Assembly (NCBI RefSeq): GCF_001194135.2
Contig: NC_068984.1
Location: forward strand, 1,476,377 to 1,540,376
DNA from: Octopus bimaculoides
Taxonomy: Eukaryota
Direction: 5' to 3'
DNA length: 64,000 nt
The translations under genes were made by a program, and so were the position numbers. The notes under the pieces were generated by a model. That model saw nothing but the letters and a program-made list of their open reading frames with translations. It was not told the origin of the DNA and did no database searches. Positions 37,301 to 50,400 of the stretch are shown in pieces (positions within the stretch are counted from its first letter, which is position 1; every line of letters starts with the position of its first letter).

Positions 37301-39259
37301 GAATACAGGGTGTCCCAAAATGAAGGCAACCAACTTTTTTCAATTTTGCCAAAACAAAATATTGTTATATTTCAGGTCTGAGCATTGCAAAATTTGGTTG
37401 CCTTAATTTTAGGAAACCTTGTATATTATGTCATCATCATCATCATCATCATCATTTAATGACCATTTTTCCATATTTGTATGGGTCAGACAGAATTTGC
37501 TGAGGTAGATTTTCTATGGCTGGATATCCTTTCAATCACCAAGCCTCACCTATTTTCAAATAAGGTAATATTTTCTCACAGCCAGACAAGCTTTTTATAG
37601 AAGACTGGGAAAGAATGGAGCTACTTCTATAGCAGTGATACCCTTTTACAAATATCACATGACATTAAAACAAGGGTACACACATACACCATATATAAAC
37701 ATACATGACAGGCTTCCTTCAGTTTCCACTTACTAAATCCACTCATAAGGCTTTGGTTAGTCTGGAGCCAGAGTAGTAAAATATTTCTGAAGAACGGTAA
37801 ACATGAAATGAAAAACCATTAATGTCAACTTATATTTAAAAAAAAGACAGCACTCACCTAATAGAACAGCAAAGCCACAGGAACACATTGCAGCTGGATA
37901 CAACTGAAAGTCTCCCATGAAAGCCGAATGAGGGCCTCCTAAGGATGGAAAGAATAAATGTTTGTTTTTAACAGGCAGACAGAAAATAGTCTCAAAGACA
38001 ACAGAAAATTTTGTAAAAATTGGCTTCAAAATTTGGTAGAAAGTTAGCAAGTTTGGGGCAGGAGGTAAGTCGATTACATTGACCCCAGTGTATAACTGGT
38101 ACTTATTTTATCGGCCCTGAAAGGATGAAAGGCAAAGTCGACCTCAGAGGAATTTAAACTCAGAACGTAACGGTACACGAAATACCGCTAAGCATTTTAC
38201 CAGGCGTGCTGTTTCTGCCAGCTCACCGCCTTTATAGACAAAATTTTGCTAAGCATTTCGTCTGGCATGCTGCGAATAATTCTGCCAGCTCACCATTTTT
38301 GTAAATATTCCCTGAAGCAGTAATTTGTAAATGGAAAAATGACAGAATATAGAATAACTGTTGGAATAATAGGTGGGAGAGACAATACGGAAATAGTTAC
38401 CATGGGACCAGACAACAAGGGGAAACTTAGAGTCAGCACATTCTGATGGCCTCAAGAAAATACTTTCAAATTCCAAATCAGCTGCAAATACAAAAAATAC
38501 ACACAATATTAGATTTAAACAGAATAAAAATGTATTTGCATACATATTTTATTGATAGATAATAAAAAATATTCTTTACATTATTTACATTTTACAGATA
38601 TTTGTCCTCGTCTTATTTGTTGTTAACACAATGTTTTGGCTGGAGGGTCTATCAGCCGAAACGTTGTGTTAACAACAAGACAAGGACAAATATCTGTCAT
38701 ATGTATATAATGTACATAATCCCTCAGCTCTTAAATATAGAACTGAATAAAAAATATGATCATTCAATAACATGAATGAAATGTTTCAGTAAAACTAAAT
38801 GTCTAAAATGAAATCTGTTCCTTGTTGTTGGATGGGATCATGATTCCTGTATAATAAAACATAGAACTATAGCTCTTTCTTGATAAAGGGCCTCTGCCCA
38901 AAATATTAGTAACGTTCATTTGTAATAACTATCATGTTTCAATGTGAAATCATAATTCTTTAGCGGAGAGGCTGATAAGATCTTTCACAAATACTCAACA
39001 GCTTATAGGTTAAAGAAATAGGACATCAGCTCACTCACTGAATATATGATATGAGTTTATTTTTGGCAGAGTTGATAAGACACAAGTCCATTGGCAGAGA
39101 GATTATACGTGTGTGTGTGTTTATATTTTATAACACGTCATTTTGTTGTGTCTGGATGTAAGGTATTAAACATGTCTTACTTTATCAAGTCCTTGGCAAA
39201 ACTAAAAGGTGATCAGAATTCAGAGAATGACAGAGGGTGGTGAGAATGTTTCTAGTGGC

Positions 39260-39298
<39 letters not shown>

Positions 39299-39394
39299 NN
39301 NNNNNNNNNNNNNNNNNNNNNNNNNNNNNNNNNNNNNNNNNNNNNNNNNNNNNNNNNNNNNNNNNNNNNNNNNNNNNNNNNNNNNNNNNNNNNN

Positions 39395-39433
<39 letters not shown>

Positions 39434-41454
39434 ATGTCCTTGACACAACTAAAGGGACTCGATAGCCCCATGTCCCTGCTCACTCCCCAACAACTTTGCT
39501 GAGTAAGAAGCATGATGGAGGCATGAATGATGATGATGATGATGATGAATTGTGGTAGGGGTTGAAGTGAGAGGAATGCACAGTGCAGATGACAGAAACC
39601 AAGAGAAATGTATTTAGTGACAAAATTTTAAAATATTAAAAATTAGACAAACAGGCGAAGGCGCGGCTGTGTAGTATGAAGCTTGCTTCCCAACCACATG
39701 GCTCCGGGTTCAGTCCCACTGCGTGGCACCTTGGACAAGTGTCTTCTGCTATAGCTTCAGGCTGACCAAAGCCTTATGAGTGGATTTGGTAGACAGAAAC
39801 TAAAAGAAGTCTGTCACACACACACACACACACACACACACTATATATATATANNNNNNNNNNNNNNNNNNNNNNNNNNNNNNNNNTATGTATATATATT
39901 TGTGTGTCTGTGTTTGTTCACCCATCATCACTTGACAACCGATGTTGGTGGGCTTACGTCCCTGTAACTTAGTGGTTCAGCAAAAGAGACTGATGGAATA
40001 AATCAAAGAATAAGTCCTGGGGTTGATTTATTCAACTAAAGGCGGTGCTCCAGCATGGCCGCAGTCAAATGACTGAAACAAATAAAAGAGTAAAGAGAAA
40101 AAATTAACTGTCTTTTGGTTCCCTGTTGGAATCTGCCCAACAAAATCAAAGAACTAATTAATCATCATCATCGCTGAGAGAAATGTTGGACATAAGAAGC
40201 ATTGGATGTGGCGTGCAAGAGAGACGTTTGCGTTGGCATGGTCATGTACTGTGGATGGATGAGGAGAAATGTGTGAAGAAGTGCCACTCGCAAACAGTGG
40301 AAGGAATCCAGGGTAGAGGGAGACCCAGGAAGACATGGGATGAGGTGGTCAAGCATGACGTTCGAACATTGGGCCTCAAAGAGGTAATGACGAAAGACCA
40401 AGACCTCTGGAGAATATGCTATGACTGCGAAGACCCAGCAAATAAAGTGAGTTCACACCAGTGTCACATAACCAGCCCACTCAAAAGTATCCCTTGATCG
40501 TAGGGTGACATGCCGTGCTTGAGAAGACTTACTGAGTCAAGTACATCAAAATCAAATCAAATGAAATCACTATCAAATGGAAATTGTAGACGTGGTCCCT
40601 GTGTCAGTGGCACGTAAAAAGCATCATCCGAACGTGGTTGTTGCCAGCCCCCTTGCCCCAACTGGCTCCTGTGCCGGTAGCATGTAAAAAGCACCATCCG
40701 AACGTGGCCGATGCCAGCACCACCTTGACTGGTCCCTATGCTGGTGGCACGTAAAAAGCACCATCCAATTGTGGTCGATGCCAGCCTCTTCTGGACCCTG
40801 TGCCAGTGGCACGTAAAAAAAACACCCACTACACTCGTTAGTCAGAAGCCTGTATGATGCTCCAATATCTGCTTTGGCAGGATTTCTATGGCTGGAGGTT
40901 CTTCTGAACGCCAACTGCTTCATAGCATGTACTGGGTGCATTTTTCATGGCAGCAGCACTAGTGAGATCAGCCTGCAGTTTGCAAGACAAATATCCCCTT
41001 TGAAAGCAATGAGGGAGGCAGTTTAATGCTTGGGGATGAAGGATTAAAGTATGTGAAATGGGGCAACAAACAGAAGAGGTTTCTTGCTGTGGAGGAGCTG
41101 CAATGGCTACTGACATTAGAGAAGAGGGTTAGAACCAGGGTGGAGCTGGAAAACAATGGGGATGAGATGTGAGGGTGGAGCGTCAAGTTTTGAAGTGAGT
41201 TGAGCGAATGAAGAGGGAATAGGAAGTGTAGGTGAAGAGAGGTTGCAAGAGTGTGAGGAATGGTTAGAGATAGTGAAAGGGTGAAGAACAGGTGTTGAGA
41301 GACAATAAGGAGGAGGAGGAGGTAACAAATGTAAAAATTGGAAAGTGCTGAGAGGTGATCAATGATATGAGTTGGGGAGAGAAGATGACTGACAGTTCAG
41401 AAGGTGGGTGGGGATAAAGGGCCACAGAATAATAATAATAATGAGACAGTAGAT

Positions 41455-41490
<36 letters not shown>

Positions 41491-44400
41491 TACATTAACA
41501 AATGAATCAAGTTGAGTAATAAGAAGTTAAATTAAGGAAAAAATCCTGGTTTAGAAAACAAAACCAAACTATCTTACGGAATTCTTCATTAATCATGCCA
41601 TCAATTGGTTTATGCTTCAGTAATTCTACTGTAATGCCATCCAATTTATGATTGAGTTCTGCATCTAATTTCACCCATTCAATTGTATCTTCTTCTCCTT
41701 CTGGTGGCAGATAACCAATCACCTGTAGAGAGACACAAAAGGTAGATCTATGGAAGAGATTTACAAACTTGTCAAGTTAACCTGATTATAACAATGACAA
41801 ACAGCCATAATCGATTTTGAACCATTGCTGGGGTCTCATCAGAGATTCTACATCACTTGATCAGTCCCAGACAAACAAGAGCCAATCCATTTAAATAAGC
41901 ATGGAATCTAACAGCTTCAGAGAACTGGAAATACTATATATTTATATATATATTTTAATTTTCTTTTGCTGATCATTAATATGATACGTGACTCTTGGCA
42001 CAGAAACATTGACATATATAAAAACGGGAGTCTTAATTAAAATCGATGGAAATTTGAAAGAATGACTCACCAAATACTGAGGTTGGTTAGGAGCAGAGAA
42101 TTGGGCCACAATATGATCATGGTGTACATCTAATATCTGTAAGGCACTGACACCACTTTCAGCTGGAAGACAAAGACATTCTGGTGAGAATCTGCAGGGA
42201 TTAATGGTTAACGTAATCTACTTCAATAACTTTATGAGGCAAAATGTTTGTGAATGAATTCTTGACCATTTGGTCAAGAATTCAAACTTTGCTTGTATGG
42301 TCATTGCATTGTGCCCTGAGCAAGGCCAATACATTTATTTGCTTCACTTTATGTGGGGGTGAATTAGCAGGGTTAGTTAGGGTTAGAGTGTTGGATAAAA
42401 TGCCCTGTGGCATTTATTCTAACTCTCTGTGCTCTGGGTTCAATTGTTGCTGAGGTCAAATTTGCTTTTCATCCTTCTGGGATCAATGGAAAAAATTACA
42501 ATTCAACATGGCTGATAGTCGAAACTGTAAGAACATCAGACTGGATGCCTTGTGATATTGGTCTCAGTCCTTTAGCTTTGGTGTTCAAACCATCCTGGCA
42601 ATGGCAGGCTTAACCTATTGCTCAGTTTAATCCCACTACCTGACCCCCTAAGTGCCTTTAGTAGAATTCATTCTGTTGTTGCAAGCATTTAAATCTGGTC
42701 TCAGGTTTGAGAATTCCTTCCTCACCTCCTTCCACCATTCTTGGAGACTGTCTTCCCTTTTATACAAAAGATGAAAACAAAGCACAGCAATCAGGAAATT
42801 ACTATTTTCTGATTCCACAACGTGAGATATTCAGTAACAGTCTTTTGGGAGTAAAGATTGTTTGCCAACATAACATGGCACTCCTGGTTTAGGGCGAATG
42901 CTGCTGTAATTTAGCCCCAGGAGACAATGTCTCCAGGGAAATAACCCAGAAACCGCGATACACAGATATTGTTTCGAGCTGGGTGGGGGTGCTAGATTCC
43001 CTTGTTCGAAAATATAAGGACACAAATCGCGTCGTATAGCCAACTGGAGGCGATGTCTCCTAAAGCTAAATTACAGTAACATTCATCCTAAACCAGGACT
43101 GCCATATTATGTTGGCAAACAATGTTTACTCCAAAGCACAGCAACTCTTTATGGATGAATGGTTAACATTAGGGATAGAGTCCAGCTGCAAAAACAACTG
43201 TCCTTCCAATGATCACCACTGCAACCAATTGAGCATGGAATTTGTTTTATTGAATAAACTTGGTTGACCCAGCTGGAGCAAATCTACAGCTTGAAGGCAA
43301 CTGACTGGACAAAGTATTTGATTAGTGTATTGACATGATGGTTCTCAAAGAAGGATTTCTCAGAATTTGAAAGTGTGATGAAATAACAGAACATGAATAA
43401 CAGACCTAACAAGGTCAGCAGATTCTGCCATAATGGAATCATCATCATCATCATCATCGTTTAACGTCCGCTTTCCATGCTAGCATGGGTTGGACGATTT
43501 GACTGAGGACTGGTGAAACCGGATGGCAACACCAGGCTCCAGTCTGATTTGGCAGAGTTTCTACAGCTGGATGCCCTTCCTAACGCCAACCACTCAGAGA
43601 GTGTAGTGGGTGCTTTTACGTGTCACCCGCACGAAAACGGCCACGCTCGAAATGGTGTCTTTTATGTGCCACCCGCACAAGCCAGTCCAGGGGCACTGGC
43701 AACGATCTCGCTCGAAAATCCTACAGGAGCCAGTCAGGCGGTACTGGCAACGGCCACGCTCAAAATGGTGCATCTCATGTGCCACCCGCACAAGAACCAG
43801 TCCAGGGGCACTGGCAACGATCTTACTTGGCTTGCCGGGTCTTCTCACGCACAGCCCATTTCCAAAGGTCTCGGTCCGTAGTCATCGCCTCGGTGAGGCC
43901 CAATGTACGAAGGTCTTGCCTCACCACCTCAGCCCAGGAAATGTAAACATGAAGAGGGAGCAAGAAGTTCTGAGACCCAATTATGTTTGTGAAATACGGC
44001 TGGAGACTTCGGTCATTATGCATTGTGAGAAAGAAATCCTCTTAAACGTTTTTTCCATTAAAATATCAGTGAATTTAGAAATAACGCCATCTATGACACT
44101 GTTGTATCAATTGGCAGCATCTGATGATGGAGATTACAAAACATGCTAGGATTCACTTACGTGATTTAATCCGTGTTACTTTCTGTGTTTCTGTATTAAC
44201 AACGACTGGAACCTAGCAAAAGAAATAATCATCACCATTTTACGTCTGTTTTCCATGATGGCATTGGTTGGACCAATGTTGAAATTGATTAAATTATGCA
44301 AAGAAAACTTGTGCTTCATACTTTGTTACAACATTGTATATACAATACTACATCATATATATATATATATATATAGAACTCACATCCTGTATACACTATT

Positions 44401-47400
44401 TCACGTGCACACTGCATCATATATACACCACACCATATATACACCACACCATATATACACTATATCACAGATGAAATGGAAAAGTGGATGACTTGTTTTT
44501 CACAACAGAAAGTGTGGAGATATATTAATCAGTTTTCAGGAAATATTTCTCAGGTAAATTACAATTTTAAATGTACAGGTAATTATTTTGGTTTTTATGT
44601 CAGAAGATTATTTTCTTGAATCTTATTTGCAACCAAACAAAATACATTAATTAAATTGTTTTAGCATCACGATGGTAAACGATGATGATGATGATGATGA
44701 TCACTAGCAAAGAAATATGTGCCAATATTTTATGAAAGTTTCATCATCATCATCATCGTTTAACATCCGCTTTCCATGCTAGCATGGGTTGGACGATTTG
44801 ACTGAGGACTGGTGAAACCGGATGGCAACACCAGGCTCCAATCTAATTTGGCAGAGTTTCTACAGCTGGATGCCCTTCCTAACGCCAACCACTCAGAGAG
44901 TGTAGTGGGTGCTTTTACGTGTCACCCGCACGAAGGCCAGTCAGGCGGTACTGGCAACGGCCACGCTCAAAATGGTGTATTTTATGTGCCACCCGCACAA
45001 GAGCCAGTCCAGGGGCACTGGCAACGATCTCGCTCGAAAATCCTACGAAGGCCAGTCAGACATTGGGTAGAATTAGAATTATTTCAATGCCTCATTACTT
45101 TCTCCAAGATTTCAATGAAATGCCAAAATTTGAAAAAAAAAAAAAAAGTATCTAACACACACACACACACCTCTCTCTCAAAATATAGCAGAGAAAATCA
45201 GGACATTTACCAAATGAGATCGAGAGACTGTACTGAAGAGCACTCTTTTACTGTCAGAGGACCAACAGCGATCAGGAAGACTATGGACAAAAACTCCAGC
45301 AAATTCATCATCTTTAAAAGGAAGAGAAAACAGCAATAATTAACAAAATGGTATTTATTTAGAAATTCTTCAACAGCAAATATCCATGAAGAAGGATTTC
45401 GACAACGGAGCAATGGTACTGATTAAAACCTCATTTAACTAGTTTTTCTTACTCATCTTTTTGGGGTGGGGTGGGTGGAGGAGACTATAGCAATAACAAC
45501 TACTCCTCCTCCTCCTCTTCCTATCAATACTACTACGTTGTTGATGTCATCGTCATCATCATTTAATGTCCCTTTTCCCTGCTGGAATGGGTAGGATGGT
45601 TCAACAGGAGGATGAGCTACAGAGTCGCATCAGGTCCCTATTTCATCTTGGGCCTGGTTTCCATGGCTGGCTGCTGCCCTTCTTCCTAACGCCAATCACG
45701 TTATAGAATGTACTGAGTGCATTATATGTGGCACCAGTGTTAGTGGGGTCACCAAGTAACTTCCAAGACCAGAGCCCCTCACCTGAGCAGGTGTGTGGTA
45801 TTGAGAGGGGGAGGCTTTATGCCATGAGTTAAGAGGATAAAATATGACAAAGAGACAAGACCAAGGGTCTTGTTATCGAGGAGATCTATGGCCACCCTGC
45901 ATTATAGAAGGGTGGGTGGGAGTGTGCCAGAACAAACTCATAAGCTATAAGAAGCTAAGTAAAAGGGAGGATAAAGACAGTGGATTGGGGGCAGGGAGAG
46001 GGGGGTGACTAATTGCATAAGAGGGTGAAAAGAGAGAGAAAAAAAAGAAAAGATTAAACCGTTTTCGTTGCTGGATTCTAAATTATTTTTTAAAAAGTCA
46101 AAAGAAACAGATTTTGCTGAGTCATTAAAATGTAGGCCTACCTTTTGCCTGGTCAACTACATCCAATACAACTTTGGTTTCTTTATTCACCCAATCAATC
46201 TGAAATAAAATGTAGGATGAATAATTAAACAAAGTCAAAATCAGAAATCAAAATTGGACCAGCAAAACATAACAAAGGTTTTGTTGTCTTTTATTTTAAA
46301 GATTTTCATCAGGAGAAAAGGACTGAGTACATAACTTTAGTGTGTCTTTTGATACTGGGGACATCAATATGGTTGATATTAAAGTTGAGATGACTTTTGA
46401 ACTAAACAACAACAACAACAACAACAACAACCAATCAATCACTCAATCAGTCCAGTTTGTAAATATTTCAGAATCAAGAATTATTAATTAATAAGTTGGT
46501 AGAATCTCAATTTAATCCGTTTTGGAATCCTCCAAATCTACTTACCATTAATAGTCTGCTACATTGGTAGTGAGGCCCAGATGCGGGATTATCCATGTAG
46601 ACAATCTTTTTTCCATCGGGGCTGAAAGATGGGGACCGAACAGCTTTGTCTTCATCCCCAAAACCTAGAAAGGATTAAAAGAGATTTAAAGAACATTCCG
46701 TTAGACAACAGTTAGAGCATGAAGTATGGCTAAAGTACGGCTTAACCCTGCTGTTACTATAGCAACACCATAGAAATAACAACTACAACCACTACATAGA
46801 TACAGTAGGATTTCTGGTTCTCTGATAGAAATACATACATACATACATATATATATATATTATGATCCGCTGGATGTGTAATGTCAGTGAGCACACACGA
46901 CAGAGTGTAAGCGCCCTGAAAGAAATGTTGGACATAAGAAGTATCAGATGTGGTGTGCAAGAGACAACTGCACCAGTATGGTCATGTGCTGCATATAGGT
47001 GAGAAGAGCTGTGTGAAGAAGTGTCACTCCTTAACAGTGGAAGGACCCTGTGGAAGAGGGAGACCCAGGAAGACATGGGATGAGGTGGTGAAGCATGACT
47101 TTTGAATGCTGGGCCTAACAGAGGCAATGACAAGAGACCGAGACTTTTGGAGATATGCTGTGATTGAGAAGCCCCAGCAAGTAAAGTGAGATCACAGCCA
47201 TAGCCTATACCATTGTCGCATAACCAGCCCATTTAAAAGTACCCTTGAATCACCAGGCGATACGTTGCGCTTGAGAAAACCTATTGAGTCAAGTAGAATT
47301 AAATCAAATCAAAATCGAAATTAAAATAGAAATTGTAGTTGTGGCTGATGCCAGTGCCACCTGACTGGCACCCATACTGGTAGCACATAAGCACCATTAT

Positions 47401-50400
47401 TATGTGGGTCAATGCCAGTGCTGCCTGATTGGCTCCCGTGCTGGTGGCATGTAAAAAGCACCCACTACACTCTACGAGTGGTTGGCATTAGGAAGGGCAT
47501 CCAGCTGTAGAAACCTTGCCAGATCAGATTGGAGCCTGGTGCAGCCTCCTGGCTTGCCAGTCCTTGTTCAAACCATCTAAGCCATGCCAGCATGGAAAAC
47601 GGATGTTAAAGGATGATGATGATGATGAAATATATATATATATATATATATCATCATCATCGTTTAACGTCCGCTTTCCATGCTAGCATGGGTTGGACGA
47701 TTTGACTGAGGACTGGTGAAACCGGATGGCAACACCAGCCTCCAATCTAATTTGGCAGAGTTTCTACAGCTGCATGCCCTTCCTAACGCCAACCACTCAG
47801 AGAGTGTAGTGGGTGCTTTTACGTGTCACCCGCACGAAGGCCAGTCAGGCGGTACTGGCAACGGCCACGCTCAAAATGGTGCATCTTATGTGCCACCCGC
47901 ACAAGAGCCAGTCCAGGATATATATAAATCCATTCATCCGTGTAGTTGTCATCGCTTCTGCTGTCACTATTGCTACCCCCACCACTGTTTAACATCTGTT
48001 TTCTATGCTGGCATAGGTTGGACAGTTCAAGAGAGTCTGCAGTGAGTTCCAATGTTTGCTTTGGCATTATTGATCTTTCTAACACCAACCATTTTACAGA
48101 GTGTATTAGGCACATCTTGGAACTCAGAATAGCCAAAGGTTTATGTCAGATGGTGAGAGGTTCAAGTATTGTAGAGGGACAAGGTCTGGTGTCTTGCCGT
48201 GGAAGAGATACATGACTACCTCAGTTGGAAAAAGAACAGAAATGGTGCTTGATGAGATGTCAAGGTGACGTGTAACAGAAGATTGGACAAAGTAAGTGGG
48301 TGGATAAGTTTGTGAGAATCTCAAAGGAGAGGGGCAGCTGGACAGAGATAGGAAGAGAGGCGAATGCAGGGAAGAGCAAACAGGGGTGGAAGCATGGTCC
48401 TCCTTACAGGCTCTTCAGAGACACAGAAACCTCTTATTGTTCTAGTTGTCATTTCATGGCTACATTATCTCTTAGAAATAAAATTAAACCCAGCCGCTAT
48501 AAAAATAAATAAATTGACAGGTGCTGGTGTCTCAGAAAGTTTGTTTCTTGGACAAAAATTCAGCAAGATTTTTTTCTGAACATTTGCATGTTGCTGCTGC
48601 AGTTATCAACATCAGCTTTGACTTTTGACCCATTTTATTGATCCTGTAGAGATGAACGGTTGAACCTGACCTCATAGTTATAAATACATTTAGTATACAC
48701 ACATGACTATATATACATAACATCTACACACAGAGTTAAACATGGTTATAAGTACACACACACACCACACACATATATATAGCCTAGATATATAGTTGTA
48801 CGCACATGCATACACATATATAGCCAACATGTATATATACTTACATTTAATATCTTCCCCTGATGTTTGAGCAAAATACAGCTGACTCCTGAGAATAAAA
48901 AATAAGAGAAACAATCAGATTACGAATAAAGAAACCATTTAAATAGTTCTTTCACTATTTCAAGAAAACTCACCGCTGCCACCACCACCACCATCACCAT
49001 CATTATTGGTAAGCTGGCAGAATCGTTAGCACTCTGGATGAAATGCTTTCTGGTATTTCACCTGTCACTATGTTCTGAGTTCAAATTCCACTGAGGTCAA
49101 CTTTGTCTTTCATCTTTTTGGGGGTTGATAAATTAAGTACCAGTTGTGTACTGGGGTTGATGTAATCGACTAGTCCCCTCCCCACAAATTTCAGGCTTAG
49201 TGCTTTTAGTAGAAAAGATTATTATTATTGTTTTGTTTTGTTGTCTTGAAAAACAAGATCCAGCAAAGAGCAGAGGAACTCAGAAGACTCAATGGCCATC
49301 CCAAAACAGGTGGACAGAACTTGTTAGCCTTGGTCAGCAGAGAAGGAACACCGATTTAAAAACTGGAATAGATAGGGTTCCTTAGTCATCTTGGTGACAA
49401 GCTGTCAGTGGTCAATGGCTTCTTCCTTGAGATGAAGGAGGAAGAACCATGAGCCAGGACCTAGCTCCTGAGTAATGGTCAGACGAAGAAAAGGACCATC
49501 CAATGTCATCTGTTTCCCAGTGGAAATCATGGGCATCATATGAACAGCAATGGCCATATTTATTTCATCACCACCATCATCATCATCATTTACTATCTGT
49601 TTTCAATGCTCGTATGGGTTGGACAGTTTTATTGTTATTATTATTATTATCATCATTATTTTGTATTAGGTGTGGGGACTTCATCTGTTATTAAAGCCTG
49701 ATCAAATTCCATCTTCAGCGCTCCCAAACCACTAACCTTGCATCCAGACAGCCTTTTCCCCACATGGAATTAATATGCACTGGAGTCTAGTCTATTTGGA
49801 CAAGAGAGTGTGATGGGTGACACAAGCCCATACTACTTAAAACAAATTCATTGTCGAGGTAGTTTGAAGGCAAGTTAAAAATCCCTATGGTGATGGGATA
49901 TGGCAACAGGAACAGGCAAAGGGTGTTGCTGGAAGTTCCTAGCCAGAATCTCACATTTAGGCAACACAGAGGGTGATGGCCATCTCTTTGTAGAATCTGA
50001 AGGCACCTGCAAGATTTGTATCCTTTTTTGTGTGGCAAGGAGTCCTATCTAGGTGTAACATTGCTTCTCTGATATTGGAGGAGGGGTGAGAAAAGGAACC
50101 CTAAATATCTGCAACAAAAAATGGCAAGACATCAAATGTGAAAATCTTAGGAAAATGTGTTATCTCCAATATCCAAAGCATGCTGCAGAGAATTCAGTGC
50201 AAATGGGTCGGACATGTTGATTGAACGAAAGACAACTGCATTCCAAAAATATTTTTGTATGGCCAACAAGGGGAGGGATATCAAGGTAAAGGGAGATCCC
50301 CTTCATTAGGTATAAGGATAAGTTGAAGCAATCCCTAAAATCTCTACAGCTTAACTTGATACCTTGTGAAAGTCATTGTCTAGATTGATCTACATGGCAT

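Noticed and set aside
39656-39730. tRNA-like A/B boxes (also 35150-35240, 49010-49090, 56225-56300)
   Set aside because: No complete cloverleaf; they continue into SINE bodies, so they are SINE heads rather than tRNA genes.
43610-45339. The longest ORFs (179 aa at 43610 and 175 aa at 44812)
   Set aside because: Antisense readings of the GC-rich RTE 3' UTR running into flanking intron; no protein motifs.
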